This document shows positions 8,519-17,596 of a stretch of DNA of 32,000 bases, one piece after another (position 1 is the stretch's first letter; each line of letters begins with the position of its first letter). Source of the DNA: Vibrio alginolyticus NBRC 15630 = ATCC 17749 (GTDB lineage Bacteria; Pseudomonadota; Gammaproteobacteria; Enterobacterales; Vibrionaceae); the NCBI RefSeq assembly GCF_000354175.2, contig NC_022359.1, positions 300,001-332,000 of the forward strand, written 5' to 3'. The notes below the pieces were generated by a model. It did not search any database, was not told the DNA's origin, and saw only the letters and a program-made list of their open reading frames with translations. A program made the position numbers and the translations under genes.

Positions 8519-10510
8519 ATGACACGACTTCTCTCTCGCCCCTACCCCCTGGGCGCAACATTGAATAAAGAAGGCTGTAACTTCTCTATTCATGCTCCGG
8601 GCGTAAAAGACATTCAACTGGCATTGTTTGCAGACGATGGCAGCTACGAGCTTCACGGTTTACCGAATGAATACGCTGGCATACGTCATACTTTTATTCC
8701 AGATATTAAGCCAGGGCAAAAATACGGTTATCTTGTCTCCCACAAGGACGAGCCACTGTTAATTTCTGATCCGTACGCAAAATCAATAGATAAAGCCCTC
8801 CACTATCATCCTCCCTACTCTCCAGCCAAAAGTTTCGATATGCCGAAGTGCGTCGTTATCGAAGATGATTTTGACTGGCAAAACACGGATCACCCGCGTA
8901 TACCCAGAGAAGAGATGGTGTTGTTTGAGACGCACGTCAAAGGGCTTACCCAACGCCACCCTGAGGTTGAGGACAAGCTGAAGGGGCGCTATTTAGGTCT
9001 TGCATCACCTGAAATGCTGGCCTTTTACAAACAGCAAAACATCAACACGCTGCAATTGCTACCTGTCGCAGCATGCATGCATGAGCCTCACCTACTAGAG
9101 ATGGAAAAGGTCAATTATTGGGGATACAACCCTTATCTCTTTATGGTGCCCGATCCGCGCTACGCAGAACAAGACGCCGTTACGGAATTAAAAACAACAA
9201 TTCGCGAATTGCATAAAAACGGCATCGAAGTGATTCTCGACGTGGTTTACAACCACACTGCTGAAGGTGGTGAAGGGCCTACAATTTTCAACCTGAAAGC
9301 CCTCGACTCCTGTTTTTACATCAAACATGGCAACCACTTCGCCAATTACACTGGCTGCGGAAATACAGTGGATCTCACCTACCAACCAGCCTTAAACCTT
9401 GTGATGGATACATTGCGCTACTGGGTTAGCGAATTTAAAGTCGATGGCTTCCGTTTTGACTTGGCTGCAACGTTAGGTCGACAGGGCGATGATTACAACC
9501 CAGAAGCAGCTTTCTTTAAAGCCGTTGCGCAAGACCCAATTTTGCGTGAAACCAAATTGATTGCCGAGCCTTGGGATATTGGTCCAAATGGCTACCAAGT
9601 GGGTAACTTTCCATTTGGTTGGAACGAATGTAATGACAAACTGCGTGATATTTCCCGCAGTTTTTGGCGCGGTGATCAAGGCTATTTAAAAGAGTTTGCC
9701 ACTCGATTAATGGGCTCTCGTGACATTTATAGTGCAGCGAACTGGCCATACAAACTCACCGTAAATTACATCACGTATCACGATGGCTTCACACTGCAAG
9801 ATTTAGTGTCTTACAAGCACAAACATAACGAAGCCAATGGCGAAGAAAATCGCGACGGTCACGGTGACAATCGTTCAGAAAACTACGGTGTTGAAGGCGA
9901 GACGGAAAATCTGATGATTATCGCCACGCGTGAAAAGCAAAAACGCAACCTTATTGCTAGCTTGCTGTTTGCCTTCGGTATCCCACACATTCTCACTGCT
10001 GATGTTCTGTCTCACACCCAAGGCGGTAACAATAATGCCTATTGCCAAGATAACGAAACCAGTTGGCTGAACTGGGAAGAGACAGAACGTAAGCAACATT
10101 TCAAAGCATGGATGTCACAAATGGTCGCCAACCGAAATCAATACATGGTGCCATTTATCCGAGCTTTCAGTGGCGAAAACCGCAATAACAACCGTATTTT
10201 CTGGCGCCGTACAGACGGTCGCTTAATGGAGCACGATGATTGGAACCGTTTAAGCTCTGTCGCACTTCACCTTGGTATCGGTAAAGAAGGGCAAGAGCTG
10301 GTCTACCTCATCAACCAAACTAACGCCACAGCGCGCTTTAAACTCCCCAATGAGCGAAAGCAAGAATGGGGGACGATCTGTGATACAAACGTACGTAACC
10401 TCAACCCAGGACATGCTGAAGGCGAAGTCTTGCTGTCACCCACCTCAATGGTGATTTTGCACTATCAACCAAACCAAAGCACACCAAAAGGTGAGCAAAC
10501 GCATAGCTAA
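8519..10510 (+). CDS. glgX: Glycogen debranching enzyme GlgX (isoamylase-type GH13)
   Basis: The N-terminus PYPLGATLNKEGCNFSIHAP and the motifs EVILDVVYNHTAEG, DGFRFDLA, IAEPWD, YITYHDGFTLQD, GGNNNAYCQDNE are characteristic of GlgX/TreX. Confidence 0.92.
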   Translation: MTRLLSRPYPLGATLNKEGCNFSIHAPGVKDIQLALFADDGSYELHGLPNEYAGIRHTFIPDIKPGQKYGYLVSHKDEPLLISDPYAKSIDKALHYHPPYSPAKSFDMPKCVVIEDDFDWQNTDHPRIPREEMVLFETHVKGLTQRHPEVEDKLKGRYLGLASPEMLAFYKQQNINTLQLLPVAACMHEPHLLEMEKVNYWGYNPYLFMVPDPRYAEQDAVTELKTTIRELHKNGIEVILDVVYNHTAEGGEGPTIFNLKALDSCFYIKHGNHFANYTGCGNTVDLTYQPALNLVMDTLRYWVSEFKVDGFRFDLAATLGRQGDDYNPEAAFFKAVAQDPILRETKLIAEPWDIGPNGYQVGNFPFGWNECNDKLRDISRSFWRGDQGYLKEFATRLMGSRDIYSAANWPYKLTVNYITYHDGFTLQDLVSYKHKHNEANGEENRDGHGDNRSENYGVEGETENLMIIATREKQKRNLIASLLFAFGIPHILTADVLSHTQGGNNNAYCQDNETSWLNWEETERKQHFKAWMSQMVANRNQYMVPFIRAFSGENRNNNRIFWRRTDGRLMEHDDWNRLSSVALHLGIGKEGQELVYLINQTNATARFKLPNERKQEWGTICDTNVRNLNPGHAEGEVLLSPTSMVILHYQPNQSTPKGEQTHS

Positions 10511-10532
10511 GTTATAAACGCTCCAAAAAAGG

Positions 10533-10566
10533 AAAGCCGATGCATCTCAGTGCTTCGGCTTTTTGT
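10533..10566. terminator. Bidirectional terminator between convergent glgX and sdaA
   Basis: AAAGCCGA (10533-10540) pairs with TCGGCTTT (10555-10562). It has an A-run upstream and TTTTGTTGG downstream. Confidence 0.7.
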
Positions 10567-10587
10567 TGGTTAGATTTGCCTAACTCA

Positions 10588-11958
10588 TTATTCGCAAGGC
10601 GGCGCTAGGTGGATCAAAGCCAATCCACCCAGTGACGTCTCGCGGTATTTCTTGTTCATGTCTTTGCCCGTTTGATACATGGTTTCAATCACCTTATCCA
10701 ACGAGATCAAACATTTACTATTACGCTTTAATGCCATGCGAGATGCATTGATCGCTTTCATTGCCCCCATTGCATTACGCTCAATACACGGTACTTGCAC
10801 TAAGCCACCAATTGGGTCACAAGTCATGCCTAGTGAGTGCTCCATGGCAATCTCAGCAGCAATGCAAATTTGTTCATTGCTGCCACCACGTAGCGCGGTC
10901 AAGCCAGCTGCCGCCATAGAAGAAGAAACACCGACTTCGCCCTGACAACCCACTTCGGCACCCGAGATAGACGCATTAGTTTTGTACAAAATGCCAATCG
11001 CACCGGATACAGCAAGGAAGTCTTTAAGCTGTTTAGTATCGAGCTCTTTGATGAAGCGATGGTAGTACATCAATACCGCTGGAATCACACCCGCCGCACC
11101 ATTAGTTGGCGACGTTACGACTTGTCCACCAGCAGCGTTTTCTTCACTCACAGCAAAAGCAAACAGGTTAATCCAATCCATGATTTCCATCGGATCGTTT
11201 TCGATTGCTTCATTTGCTTCAAGCTTCTTCAGCAAGTTAGGCGCACGGCGGGTCACGTTCAAGCCGCCATCCAAGATACCTTCTGTCTCGAAACCACGCT
11301 CCATGCAACGCGTCATCACACGCCAGATCTGTTCTGCACGTTGATTGATGGCTTCCATATCCTGAAACGCTTGTTCGTTTTTCAGAATCATGCCGCCAAG
11401 GCTCATGCCGTTCTTCTCTGCCTGTGCCAACATTTCGTCCGCACTGGAGAATGGAAACTCAACTTCTACGGGTGAAGTCGCGCTGCCATTTTGCAGTTCA
11501 TCCGCCGTTGCGATGAACCCACCACCGATAGAGTAGTAAGTTTCAAACCCAACCTGATTGCCATGCGCATCTAACGCAGTAATCGTCATGCCATTCTCAT
11601 GCAGAGGAAGGTTCTCTTCATGGAACAACATGTCCGTTTTGTAGTTGAATTCGATTTCATGACGGCCATCGACAGACATCATGCCCTCTTCAATCGCCTT
11701 GCGCATCGCTTTGTTCGCAGAAGCGATTTTGATGGTATCTGGTTTGTTACCCAACAGACCCAAAATCGTTGCACGGTCAGTATGGTGACCAATCCCCGTT
11801 AACGAGAGTGAGCCATATAAATCGACTTGAATACGAACTACTTTTGCCAAGTTCGATTCAATCAAACGAGTGAAGTGGTAACCCGCGATCATTGGACCAT
11901 TAGTGTGAGAGCTAGAAGGGCCCACACCAATCTTGTAAATATCAAAGATGGACAGCAT
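10588..11958 (-). CDS. sdaA: L-serine dehydratase (single-chain iron-sulfur type)
   Basis: MLSIFDIYKIGVGPSSSHTNGPM is the canonical SdaA/SdaB N-terminus. Start moved from 11994 to 11958, 11 nt after the upstream stop and preceded by AGGTAGG. Confidence 0.92.
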   Translation of the reverse strand: MLSIFDIYKIGVGPSSSHTNGPMIAGYHFTRLIESNLAKVVRIQVDLYGSLSLTGIGHHTDRATILGLLGNKPDTIKIASANKAMRKAIEEGMMSVDGRHEIEFNYKTDMLFHEENLPLHENGMTITALDAHGNQVGFETYYSIGGGFIATADELQNGSATSPVEVEFPFSSADEMLAQAEKNGMSLGGMILKNEQAFQDMEAINQRAEQIWRVMTRCMERGFETEGILDGGLNVTRRAPNLLKKLEANEAIENDPMEIMDWINLFAFAVSEENAAGGQVVTSPTNGAAGVIPAVLMYYHRFIKELDTKQLKDFLAVSGAIGILYKTNASISGAEVGCQGEVGVSSSMAAAGLTALRGGSNEQICIAAEIAMEHSLGMTCDPIGGLVQVPCIERNAMGAMKAINASRMALKRNSKCLISLDKVIETMYQTGKDMNKKYRETSLGGLALIHLAPPCE

Positions 11959-11969
11959 AAACCTACCTA

Positions 11970-13511
11970 TTACGACAATGCAGCATAAAGCCAATCAGGG
12001 AGAACCATACAAGCAGCGATGGTCGCCACGGCGAACACCAACAGCCCGTAATGGCTTGCGGTTGGCTTTGCAAAAAGATGTTTTTGATTATTGATAAAGA
12101 TTTGTTGCTCGGCAGTCACAGCGCCCCAACGACGGCTCACTAACACACCAAACAAAAGGAAGACAAACGTACCAATTGGCGCGAACCACGGCCAAGCCAC
12201 GTCGAGATACATTGCAGTAAACACCGCAATCACACTCATGATACTGCCAACGATCACGCCTTTCTCATTGGCTTTTGCCCAGAATAAGCCAAGCACGAAT
12301 GAACCCAAACGGATACCAACAAAGATAGAAGTCAGACTAGCGATGGTTTTGAGTACCGATTCATTCGATACCGCCAGAAGAGCTGGCACTACCACCATAG
12401 CCGCAGCGAGCAAACTCATCTTTCTTGCGACTTTTTCGTAGTGCTCATCATCGGCACTCTTGCGAACGAAACGCTTGTAGATATCGAACGTCGCGACGGT
12501 CGCCATTGAGTTGTAGGTCGAATCCAAGGTCGACATTGCGGCCGCTGCCAATGCGGAAATGATCAAACCAACCACAATTGGGTTAGTGTGGTTGAAGACA
12601 AAATCCAAAATCACTTCGTTGCTGTTTTCAAACGATTGATCTTGATAGAAAACACTCAAAAGAACACCGAGTACCGCGAAGAACAAGTACACGAAAAACG
12701 CACCGTAACCACACAACAGCATCGACTTCTGCGCCGTCTTTTCACATCTCGTCGCTAACGTGCGTTGGATGATCAATTGGTTGGTGCCGTACACACTCAA
12801 ATGCAAAAAGCTCACGGCAACCACGCCAGCCCAGAGTGTGGTATCCACGCCCAAATCAAAGTCTAAGTTGATGATATTCAGGTGATCACGAGAAAGGTAA
12901 TCTGCCGCATTAATCTCTGTCATTAGAATGGCAAAGATAGCGATGCTGCCCGCAACCAATACTGCAGATTGCAACATATCGGTCCAGATCACCGTGGAAA
13001 TCCCACCCGCATAGGTATAGCAAGCGGTGAAAATACTAATGTAGATAATAGCTTCAGAAATACTGATAGGCAGAACTTGCACTAAGATCAGCGCCACGGC
13101 ATACAAAATCACACCCGCAGAGATACATTGAACCACAATGAACACGATCGAGTTGATGGTTCTTGCATACACCCCAAAGCGGTGCTCAAGGTATTCATAA
13201 ATCGAAGTCAGACCCAGCTTATAGAAGACAGGCACAAAGAAAATGACAGTGAAAAAAATAACGATGGGATAGTTAAGGTGAATACTCATCGCTTCCATGC
13301 CAGATCTATAAACCCAACCAGGCATCCCTACAAACGTCATCGCACTAATGTAAGTCGCAAGTATCGAAACACCTGCCGTAAACCAGCCAAATTGCTTTCC
13401 ACCCGTGGAAAAGTCGCCACCCTTGTTGTAGCGCTTATTCACTAAATAGCTGATTAATATGGTGATTAACACGTATAACGCAATCACCACAAAACTTGAG
13501 TACGTAACCAT
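11970..13511 (-). CDS. Sodium:solute symporter (SSS) family transporter, co-transcribed with sdaA
   Basis: Polytopic membrane protein with SSS-type blocks (TYISAMTFVGMPGW, GLTSIYEYLEHRFG, GGISTVIWTD). The gap to sdaA is 11 nt. Confidence 0.85.
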   Translation of the reverse strand: MVTYSSFVVIALYVLITILISYLVNKRYNKGGDFSTGGKQFGWFTAGVSILATYISAMTFVGMPGWVYRSGMEAMSIHLNYPIVIFFTVIFFVPVFYKLGLTSIYEYLEHRFGVYARTINSIVFIVVQCISAGVILYAVALILVQVLPISISEAIIYISIFTACYTYAGGISTVIWTDMLQSAVLVAGSIAIFAILMTEINAADYLSRDHLNIINLDFDLGVDTTLWAGVVAVSFLHLSVYGTNQLIIQRTLATRCEKTAQKSMLLCGYGAFFVYLFFAVLGVLLSVFYQDQSFENSNEVILDFVFNHTNPIVVGLIISALAAAAMSTLDSTYNSMATVATFDIYKRFVRKSADDEHYEKVARKMSLLAAAMVVVPALLAVSNESVLKTIASLTSIFVGIRLGSFVLGLFWAKANEKGVIVGSIMSVIAVFTAMYLDVAWPWFAPIGTFVFLLFGVLVSRRWGAVTAEQQIFINNQKHLFAKPTASHYGLLVFAVATIAACMVLPDWLYAALS

Positions 13512-13599
13512 TTCAGGGCTTCCATAATTCTGGGTGCTAATTATTTGTGCTTGGATATTACTTTAAAAAAGCATATCTAAACGATAATCCCGCCATAAC

Positions 13600-13615
13600 T
13601 GTGACTATAATCACC
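13600..13615. promoter_or_regulatory. Candidate CRP site upstream of the SSS-sdaA operon
   Basis: TGTGA-CTATAA-TCACC matches 9 of 10 positions of TGTGA-N6-TCACA. It lies about 90 nt upstream of the SSS start at 13511. Confidence 0.55.
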
Positions 13616-13850
13616 AATATAGACGGTTATATATTCAAAAATGCCAAAAAGACCGATTTAATGAGACTCCCATCACTAAAAACCACTTATTGGGTACGCA
13701 TTCATTTTAAAATTGATATTGATCACGGATCTAATGACCTTAAAAAAACTATGATTCACCACGACACGAAATCGAAGATGATCCCAATAAGATCGTATTC
13801 TTTAAGTTTGAATAGCAACAAATCCTAAGTGAAATAGAGGTTTATCGGTC

Positions 13851-15146
13851 ATGAATGCCAAAAGACACATGAGCGAAGTTCCTATGATTCAAAGGGTAGC
13901 TGCCTATCTAGCGATACTGGTTGGTTACTTTTTCTATTGTTATAACTTTGTAATTATTGACTACGTACGCCCATACATCGTTGAAGCGTATGATGGTATT
14001 AGCCTGTCAGACACTGCCCAGTTCTATACATGGCAGTCGGTTGGTGCACTTATCGGTGCATTGAGCTGTGCTTGGTTCGCAACAAAATTTGGTAAGAAAT
14101 CCACTCTTATTACCATCACAGCCCTAAACGGTGGCGCAACGATCATCAATATGATGTTCACCGACTACACAACATGGGCAGCAATGCGTTTCATCATTGG
14201 TTTGTCACTGGGTGGTTACTTCACCGTGGCAGTAAGCCTAATGATCGGCCTATTTACGCCAACGGTACGTGGTAAGTTGACGGCATTCGCGTCTTCTATG
14301 TTCTCTGTAGCACTGATGGTAATGGGTGCGTATGCAGCATTTATTGCAAGCATTGATGCACCATGGGAAAGCCTAATGCTTGTTGGTGGTATCCCACCAT
14401 TGGCAGCCGCTGTTGTCATGATCTTTGTACTACCTAGCGACAGCAAAGTGATCGCTTACGGTGAAGAAGAGCAAGCAAAAGCAGAAGAATCAGATGCACC
14501 AGCGAAAAAAGGCTCTTGGGGCGAAATGCTAAGCAAGCCTTACCGTAAGATCACTCTAACGTGTCTATTACTGGCTGGCCTTAATTTCTACGGTTTCCAA
14601 TTCTTTGGTGGCTTCGTAACCACTTACCTACGTGATGTACGTATGTTCGACGGTGCAACCATCGGTCTCATCTTCTCTATCTCAGCATTTGGTTCACTGT
14701 TTGGTGCGTGGTTCTGGGGTTGGGTAGCTGACAAATTCGGTCGTAAGGTGAACGCATTTGGCTTCATCCTAGCGGGCATCATGGTTTCAATCTTCTTTGT
14801 TGCACCTGGCGACATGGTGATTGGCGGCCTAAACATGCTGGCTCTACTTGGTCTGATTTACAACTTCGGTCTGTCTTCTTCAGCGGTATGGGGTGGTTAC
14901 TTCTCAGAACTGTTCCCAGCACACCTACGTAGCTACGGCGCGGCGCTATTCCACGGCGGTCGTATCCTCGGTATGTGGGCACCAATGGTACTTATCTTCA
15001 TCCAAGAACGTACCGACCTACAAACCGCAATGTGGGGTTCACCAATCGTATGGATCCTTGCTGGTCTTCTATGGCTATCACTGCCAGAGACACTAAAAGG
15101 CGGCGTGTTCGATAAGAGCAAAAAAGCCGAAGCAGCAAAAGCGTAA
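13851..15146 (+). CDS. MFS transporter, substrate unknown
   Basis: 431 aa with about 12 hydrophobic segments and a charged central loop (EEEQAKAEESDAPAKK). MFS-like loop motifs: GKKSTL after TM2 and DKFGRK after TM8. The alternative internal starts at 13869/13884 are not excluded. Confidence 0.82.
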   Translation: MNAKRHMSEVPMIQRVAAYLAILVGYFFYCYNFVIIDYVRPYIVEAYDGISLSDTAQFYTWQSVGALIGALSCAWFATKFGKKSTLITITALNGGATIINMMFTDYTTWAAMRFIIGLSLGGYFTVAVSLMIGLFTPTVRGKLTAFASSMFSVALMVMGAYAAFIASIDAPWESLMLVGGIPPLAAAVVMIFVLPSDSKVIAYGEEEQAKAEESDAPAKKGSWGEMLSKPYRKITLTCLLLAGLNFYGFQFFGGFVTTYLRDVRMFDGATIGLIFSISAFGSLFGAWFWGWVADKFGRKVNAFGFILAGIMVSIFFVAPGDMVIGGLNMLALLGLIYNFGLSSSAVWGGYFSELFPAHLRSYGAALFHGGRILGMWAPMVLIFIQERTDLQTAMWGSPIVWILAGLLWLSLPETLKGGVFDKSKKAEAAKA

Positions 15147-15247
15147 CTGAATTTCAAAAACTCCGGCTGGCTCCCCGGCCGGATGAAAAAACTTAATTTC
15201 GAGTCCTGTTCCCAAAGCCGACTCGACAGCAAATAAGAGAGTTTATT

Positions 15248-16264
15248 ATGTCTAAATATCAAGAAGCGAAACGCGTTGTACGTGAATACTTCAGCGCAAT
15301 GGAAAACGCAACTCACGAGAACGTGGCAGAAGTACTAAAAGCACACACTTCAGAAGATTACCTATGGCGTGGTGTTTACCCATTCCGTGAGCAACAAGGC
15401 GCTCAAGCAGCGGCTGACGTTTTCTGGGCTCCTTTGATGAAATCAATGACTCGCATGCAGCGTCGTCAAGACATCTTCATCGGTGGTGAGAACGAAGTAA
15501 CATCAGGTGAAATCTGGGTAATGAGCATGGGTCACTTCATGGGTCTATTCGACGCTGAATACCTAGGCATGCGCCCAACTGGCAAAATCATGAACATCCG
15601 TTACGCAGAATTTAACTGTGTTGAAAACGGCAAGATCACTAAGACTGGCCTATTCCTAGACCTTCTAGGTGCAATGGACCAAGCGGGTTGTTACCCACTG
15701 CCACCATCAACAGGTAAGCACTTCGTATACCCTGGTCCTCGTAACCACGATGGTCTACTGTTCGAAGACGCAGCACCAGAAGAAGGCGTAGCAACACTAG
15801 CACTAGTGAACAAGATGGTTGATGACCTATCTGCACTAAACGACAGCGGCGCTATGGGTTGCCCACCAGAAGTTCTTGAGAAGAGCTGGTCTAAAGACAT
15901 GATCTGGTACGGTCCATGTGGTATCGGTGCGTCTTATACAATCCCTCGTTACCAACAGCAGCACCAATTGCCGTTCCGTAACAACCTAAAAGACAAGAAG
16001 TTTAACGGCCACGTATGTCGTTTCGCAGAAGGTAACTTCTCTTGTTTCTTCGGCTGGCCAAACCTATCTAACACGCCTATCGGTGGTTTCCTAGGTATGA
16101 CAGGTGGTGAAGTACGTGCAGACATGCAAGTGGTTGACGTTTACTACCGTGACGGCGACAAGCTATCTGAGAACTGGGTACTGATCGACCTTCCTTACTG
16201 GCTAAAACAGCAAGGTCTAGACGTGTTCGAGCGTACTCAACAGATCCTAAACCCTTCTCTATAA
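15248..16264 (+). CDS. Tandem SnoaL/NTF2-like (ester-cyclase-like) two-domain protein, paralogue 1
   Basis: Good RBS (AAGAGAG, 6 nt, ATG) and no signal peptide. Colinear similarity to ORF 28283..29278: GMRPTGKIMNIRYAEFNCVENGKIT..AMDQAG vs GIPATGKTLYLRYTEMVCVENDQIT..AMNQAG; MIWYGPCGIG vs FMWYGPAGIG; LSENWVLIDL...QQGLDVF vs LKENWVAIDI...QLGYDVF. The G..PTGK...R......I.E.W...D pattern occurs once per half, as in SnoaL-like cyclase folds. Confidence 0.75.
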   Translation: MSKYQEAKRVVREYFSAMENATHENVAEVLKAHTSEDYLWRGVYPFREQQGAQAAADVFWAPLMKSMTRMQRRQDIFIGGENEVTSGEIWVMSMGHFMGLFDAEYLGMRPTGKIMNIRYAEFNCVENGKITKTGLFLDLLGAMDQAGCYPLPPSTGKHFVYPGPRNHDGLLFEDAAPEEGVATLALVNKMVDDLSALNDSGAMGCPPEVLEKSWSKDMIWYGPCGIGASYTIPRYQQQHQLPFRNNLKDKKFNGHVCRFAEGNFSCFFGWPNLSNTPIGGFLGMTGGEVRADMQVVDVYYRDGDKLSENWVLIDLPYWLKQQGLDVFERTQQILNPSL

Positions 16265-16273
16265 GAAGTCCTA

Positions 16274-16363
16274 GGGGCGGATTGTCAACCCGCCTTTATG
16301 TTGCCTGAATCCCCTCTCGGTTCAGGCGACATGCTCCCAACTCGTGCCTCAAGGATGGGGCAC
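16274..16363 (+). other. Three consecutive GC-rich stem-loops in the spacer before the porin gene
   Basis: GGCGG (16276-16280) / CCGCC (16290-16294), followed by TTTATGTT. GCCTGAA (16303-16309) / TTCAGGC (16321-16327). GTGCCT (16344-16349) / GGGCAC (16358-16363). Confidence 0.5.
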
Positions 16364-16438
16364 AACCTCAAGATAGAACCCTTATTCAAAACGGGCATGA
16401 ACGCACGGTGGCTTTCTGCGCCCTGAATAATGAGATTG

Positions 16439-17527
16439 ATGATGAAAAAGTCGACCCTTTCTGCAGTGATTTTAGCAGCGCTTACTTCTAGCTCAGCCTT
16501 TGCTGCACACACTTTTGTTAATGACGCTGGCGACAGCCTAACCATCGATGGCCGTTTCGATCTTCGCTACCAAGACCGTGGCGGTGATGACAACGGCGAA
16601 TGGAACAGCGGCAGCTCACGTTTCGGTTTGAAAGGCCAAATGGGTCTGGATAACGGCTGGACTGGTTTCGGTCACGCGGAATGGGGCTACAACTCTGGCG
16701 CGAACGGCGACAACATTTACGACCGCTTGCTATACGCAGGTGTTGATCACGAAAAATACGGCAAGATTGCTGCGGGTACTAAACAGTGGTCTACCTTCTA
16801 CGACGTAGCATGGTACACCGATTTAGGTCGTGTATTCGGTACTCGTGGCTCAGGTGTTTACAACCTAGCTGACTGGGGTATCGCATCCGGTGCTGGTCGT
16901 GCGGAAAACTCAATTACGTACCGTAATTCAATTAATGAAAAAGTGAGCTACGGCTTTACTTACCAGACCACGCGTGAAGATGTTGCTCTAGCAAGCAATG
17001 CGACAGCCTCACTGAAAAACGGCATGGGTGCTTCGATCACTTACAAACCCGTTGATGGCGTAACACTGGGTGCGGCTTACCATCAAAATGAAGTTGCGGA
17101 TCTAGACGCAAGCGTGGTTGGCGTAGAAAACGGCGACAACATGCGCATCATGCTATTGGGCGCAAACTACAGCAACGGTGGCTTCTACGCAGGTGCGACT
17201 TTCCACGTTGGCGAAAACTGGGAAGCAGTGAGCCAAGGCGGTACGGACGTAATGTTCGATACCCTAGGTGGCGAAATCTACACTTACTACCACTTCGACA
17301 ACGGCTTGCGCCCAACGTTGAACTACAACTACATGGAGGATAGTGGTGACGAGACTCAAGGTTACGAGCGTAACTTGCTGATCCCTGGTCTTGAATACCA
17401 CTTCCAGAAGAACAAATTCCTAGTTTGGACTGAATACCAGTTCGACCTAGGTAAAGATCAGTACGATGGCAGCAAATTCGAAAACCGTGATGATCAATTC
17501 GCGGCAGGTATTCGCTACTACTTCTGA
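16439..17527 (+). CDS. General (OmpF/OmpU-like) trimeric porin
   Basis: Signal peptide MMKKSTLSAVILAALTSSSAFA. Alternating beta-strand pattern rich in G/Y/N/D. The C-terminal ...FAAGIRYYF ends in an aromatic residue, typical of outer-membrane beta-barrels. The start could be 16430, 16439 or 16442. Confidence 0.85.
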   Translation: MMKKSTLSAVILAALTSSSAFAAHTFVNDAGDSLTIDGRFDLRYQDRGGDDNGEWNSGSSRFGLKGQMGLDNGWTGFGHAEWGYNSGANGDNIYDRLLYAGVDHEKYGKIAAGTKQWSTFYDVAWYTDLGRVFGTRGSGVYNLADWGIASGAGRAENSITYRNSINEKVSYGFTYQTTREDVALASNATASLKNGMGASITYKPVDGVTLGAAYHQNEVADLDASVVGVENGDNMRIMLLGANYSNGGFYAGATFHVGENWEAVSQGGTDVMFDTLGGEIYTYYHFDNGLRPTLNYNYMEDSGDETQGYERNLLIPGLEYHFQKNKFLVWTEYQFDLGKDQYDGSKFENRDDQFAAGIRYYF

Positions 17528-17535
17528 TAATACTC

Positions 17536-17580
17536 ATCGCTCACCACCTATACCCAAGTAACCTTAAGGTGGTGAGTGAT
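17536..17580. terminator. Long stem-loop between the convergent porin and hydrolase genes
   Basis: ATCGCTCACCACC (17536-17548) pairs with GGTGGTGAGTGAT (17568-17580), 13 bp with one mismatch and a 19-nt loop. There is no clear T-run. Confidence 0.5.
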
Positions 17581-17596
17581 GAAGTTCTTATCAACA

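Noticed and set aside
13547-13828. 93-aa plus-strand ORF in the SSS / MFS divergent spacer
   Set aside because: Very AT-rich, with a low-complexity Lys/Ile/Asn-rich product and no Shine-Dalgarno. The region is better explained as divergent promoters (it contains the CRP-like site).
14933-15316. 127-aa minus-strand ORF spanning the MFS end and the NTF2-1 start
   Set aside because: Antisense to two well-supported genes and their spacer, with no independent support.
16355-16426. 23-codon upstream ORF (MGHNLKIEPLFKTGMNARWLSAP) ahead of the porin
   Set aside because: The AAGG lies directly against the ATG with no spacing, and the ATG sits inside a predicted hairpin loop. I cannot support it as a leader peptide without conservation data.
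16285-16545. 86-aa minus-strand ORF over the structured spacer and the porin start
   Set aside because: Overlaps the porin signal-peptide region in antisense. Its openness is explained by the GC-rich hairpin sequence.
17148-17537. 129-aa minus-strand ORF inside the porin gene
   Set aside because: Antisense shadow. It is Arg/Ser-rich with no start signals.
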